The notes beneath the pieces are model-generated. The model did not search any database and was not told where the DNA came from. It was given only the letters and a program-made list of their open reading frames with translations. Below are positions 62,401-64,000 of a DNA stretch of 64,000 nucleotides, piece by piece (position 1 is the stretch's first letter; each line of letters opens with the position of its first letter). The position numbers and the translations under genes are program-made. The DNA is from Pecten maximus. Taxonomy: Eukaryota. The stretch covers positions 14,446,001 through 14,510,000 of the forward strand of contig NC_047022.1 in assembly GCF_902652985.1 (NCBI RefSeq). Direction: 5' to 3'.

Positions 62401-63279
62401 GCCACCAGAACTGATTTCTGATTTTGGATTTCGATCTCCAGTTTCGGTAAAAATTGGTCCATAGGGGTTTTTAGGGATGCCAAATAACGTTGTAACATTT
62501 TCGGAATGTTTGGGATACCGAATACAATGGTATGACTGTGAGGTCCCCATTACAATCAGTTCTTGTTTGCACTAATTTTCTCCTTCCTGCACGTTGTCTT
62601 CCTTCTCGGAGATCTATCTCCTACGATACTTGTCACTGGAACTTCATATTTAGGTCATGGGTTCAAATAGGTGAGATGGTGTTATTCACCAAAACTAGGT
62701 CACTCTGACCTACATTTTGAACTTTGATCAAACTAAGGTCATGGGTTCATGTGATGTAAAAATAAAAGTGAAGATCAAAATAAGGTCACCTTGACCTTTA
62801 CTGAGATAAATCTCATTGAATGTTTCAATTCTATCAATGCAGAGGTGGATGCAAGTGGGAAAAGCATGGAAGATGGTGAAGTCAGTGACAGTGTTCCTAA
62901 CAAAGGTAAGATGCTATCTTTTCCTACATTGACTTCTCCGACTTTAATTGGACAGATGTTTTAAAATACATTTTGTAAGCGGAAAAAAAGGTAAACTGTC
63001 TGGGTTCTTGTATATCTCCTACAGCTCTTGTGTCTGGAAACTTATCAGTAAAAACCACACCAAAAGATCTTTTTGGTTGTTCATGGTTAATTTGTGATTG
63101 ACATGTTCAAAAGGGAAACTTGATGTTAGGTTATTCATACAGCTCTGATGAAAAGATATCTATGCTTATCCTTGATTAACTTTTTGATATATTCTATTAA
63201 CTTTACAGGCCAGATAGACCCTGAGAAGATTATAGCATATCCTGGTTTTACTGTGGCGGTACCACCAGACACCATAGAT
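50415..63279 (+). CDS. ZCCHC8: ZCCHC8 zinc-knuckle/PSP protein (NEXT complex scaffold), 5' part; continues beyond the window
   Basis: Exons: 50415-50763, 51915-51957, 52652-52714, 53770-53863, ~54245-54326 (phase problem), 55219-55322, 56304-56378, 57137-57265, 57901-57969, 58837-58985, 62843-62905, 63209-63279. Motifs FGDSSLFDEFEKER, DPLGWPL..NPSLTDSWEAPKY, CFNCCGEHMIADCPEP, PSP domain FVPGVISEELMDALG..LPSYIYKMRVLGYPPGWL, IIAYPGF. Confidence 0.93.
50764..51914 (+). other. U12-type (minor spliceosome) GT-AG intron 1 of ZCCHC8
   Basis: 5' splice site GTATCCTA; branch-like TTTCTTTAAC at 51896-51905, 9 nt before the end of the AG; no polypyrimidine tract; splicing keeps the frame. Confidence 0.8.
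53335..53425 (-). mobile_element. Truncated family A tRNA-like repeat (copy 3)
   Basis: TAACTTAGCAACACAAACGACG...GACTCGTGCCCTGACCAGGCCTCGAACTCACGATCTACGGCACCCAATCG closely matches 8408-8496. Confidence 0.75.
54716..54854. mobile_element. 139-bp MITE with CAGGGCTTTT TIRs and 5-bp TSD (hAT-like termini)
   Basis: CAGGGCTTTT...AAAAGCCCTG flanked by CATGC at 54711-54715 and 54855-54859; a related degraded copy may lie at ~26714-27077. Confidence 0.75.
55323..56303 (+). other. U12-type GT-AG intron 6 of ZCCHC8
   Basis: Canonical U12 donor GTATCCTT at 55323; acceptor ...TTTCCTATACAGGTAG| at 56303 restores WEAPK/YEQVY. Confidence 0.8.
55964..56286 (+). mobile_element. tRNA-derived SINE with CORE-like domain and 12-bp TSD
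   Basis: A box TAGCTC...GTTAGAGC, B box GGTTCGACTC, core TGTGTCCTTTGGTAAGACACTTTACCCTAATTGCTC, (AAAC)n tail; TSD GTTTCCTATACA at 55952-55963 and 56287-56298. Confidence 0.85.
58265..58669 (+). mobile_element. Hairpin/ICR-type non-autonomous element, copy 2
   Basis: TTAAGCATTGAAC starts a ~160-bp hairpin closing at GTTCAATGCTTA (58425), followed by TATTTACATTT; terminal AAATGTAAATAT at 58658-58669. Confidence 0.65.
59047..62135. repeat. 30-bp minisatellite, ~100 copies (~3.1 kb), in ZCCHC8 intron 10
   Basis: Unit TGTATGACTATGAACTGTTTTACCACACTG with 28/29/31-bp variants; source of all the YDYELFYHTV / MTMNCFTTLC ORFs. Confidence 0.97.
62200..62800. mobile_element. Helentron-like repeat fragments
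   Basis: (TAT)n microsatellite, GATCTTCATGAAACTTCACAG, and AAGGTCACCTTGACCTT / GGTCACTCTGACCTACATTTTG motifs similar to those at 41280-41600. Confidence 0.4.
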
Positions 63280-64000
63280 GTGAGTCTAATCTTGGCATGG
63301 AGTATAAAGAAAATTGCTGAAAAACAATTGAATACATAGCCAAGCAAACTGTTGTCAAGAATTTTACCAAAGGATCTGTTAAACAGGGTTAAAATCTAAA
63401 ATCATGTTAGAGAAACCCAAAACATTTTTTTAAATGTTCTCTGTAAAGTAACTAAATGCATAGCTGTGTCAAAATCTTGTCAAGAAATTCAACCAAGGGA
63501 CATAACTTTTGAAAAAGTGTCAACATTGAAAATCAAGCAAGGAGGAACAATTACATTAAGCCATGGTTTAACAGACCACTAAGTTAGAAAAATAAAATAA
63601 TAATTATATACATGGTCAGACCAAATCCCTTCATCAGCTGATAGGCTAATTCCATTATTACTCCCCTCCATAAACTAAAATGCTTGGGGTATAAATTCCA
63701 TTATTACTCCTCTCCAAGAGCAGAATCAAAATGAAAATGATTATGTGAAAATTCCCAGTTATAGAAAATTATTTTTTCTTTGATATCGAGAATGCAGCTA
63801 ACTCATTAGAAATCAGAACCTTTATATGAAAAAAATGTTTACAGGTGACAAATTTTCAATTATTTTACAAAATAGTAACATCTAACTCATAAACCATGTT
63901 TGTTAATTGACACATGGAAGGAATAGGACAAAACAATCAACAGTCTGGTCTCAGAAATCTATAATAATGGAATGTAGTATATAATTAACATATTTTATTG

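Overview
AT-rich, intron-rich animal genomic DNA. The SINE and Helentron-like repeat families suggest a mollusc, probably a bivalve; this is an inference. Six spliced protein-coding genes were reconstructed by hand from splice sites and phases: CENPV (-, 4 coding exons), an FBXO39-like F-box gene (-), TMEM199/VMA12 (-) head-to-head with SFSWAP (+, 16 exons), and an uncharacterised ~639-aa gene (-) head-to-head with ZCCHC8 (+, runs off the window end). Introns and intergenic DNA hold many short non-autonomous DNA elements, tRNA-derived SINEs, Helentron-like satellites and minisatellites, including a 3.1-kb array of a 30-bp unit. Four observations stand out. (1) The uncharacterised gene has an intron-split N-terminus resembling the viral/phage Bro-N DNA-binding domain, followed by clustered LC8-type QT motifs. 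(2) A 95-nt GT-AG segment in the FBXO39-like gene looks like former coding sequence turned intron, or two indel errors. (3) A recurrent hairpin element has an internal junction that is the reverse complement of its own end-to-end circle junction, as in tyrosine-recombinase elements. (4) ZCCHC8 has two U12-type introns, one with a SINE whose target-site duplication copies the putative branch region. All family assignments come from recalled motif similarity; no searches were run.
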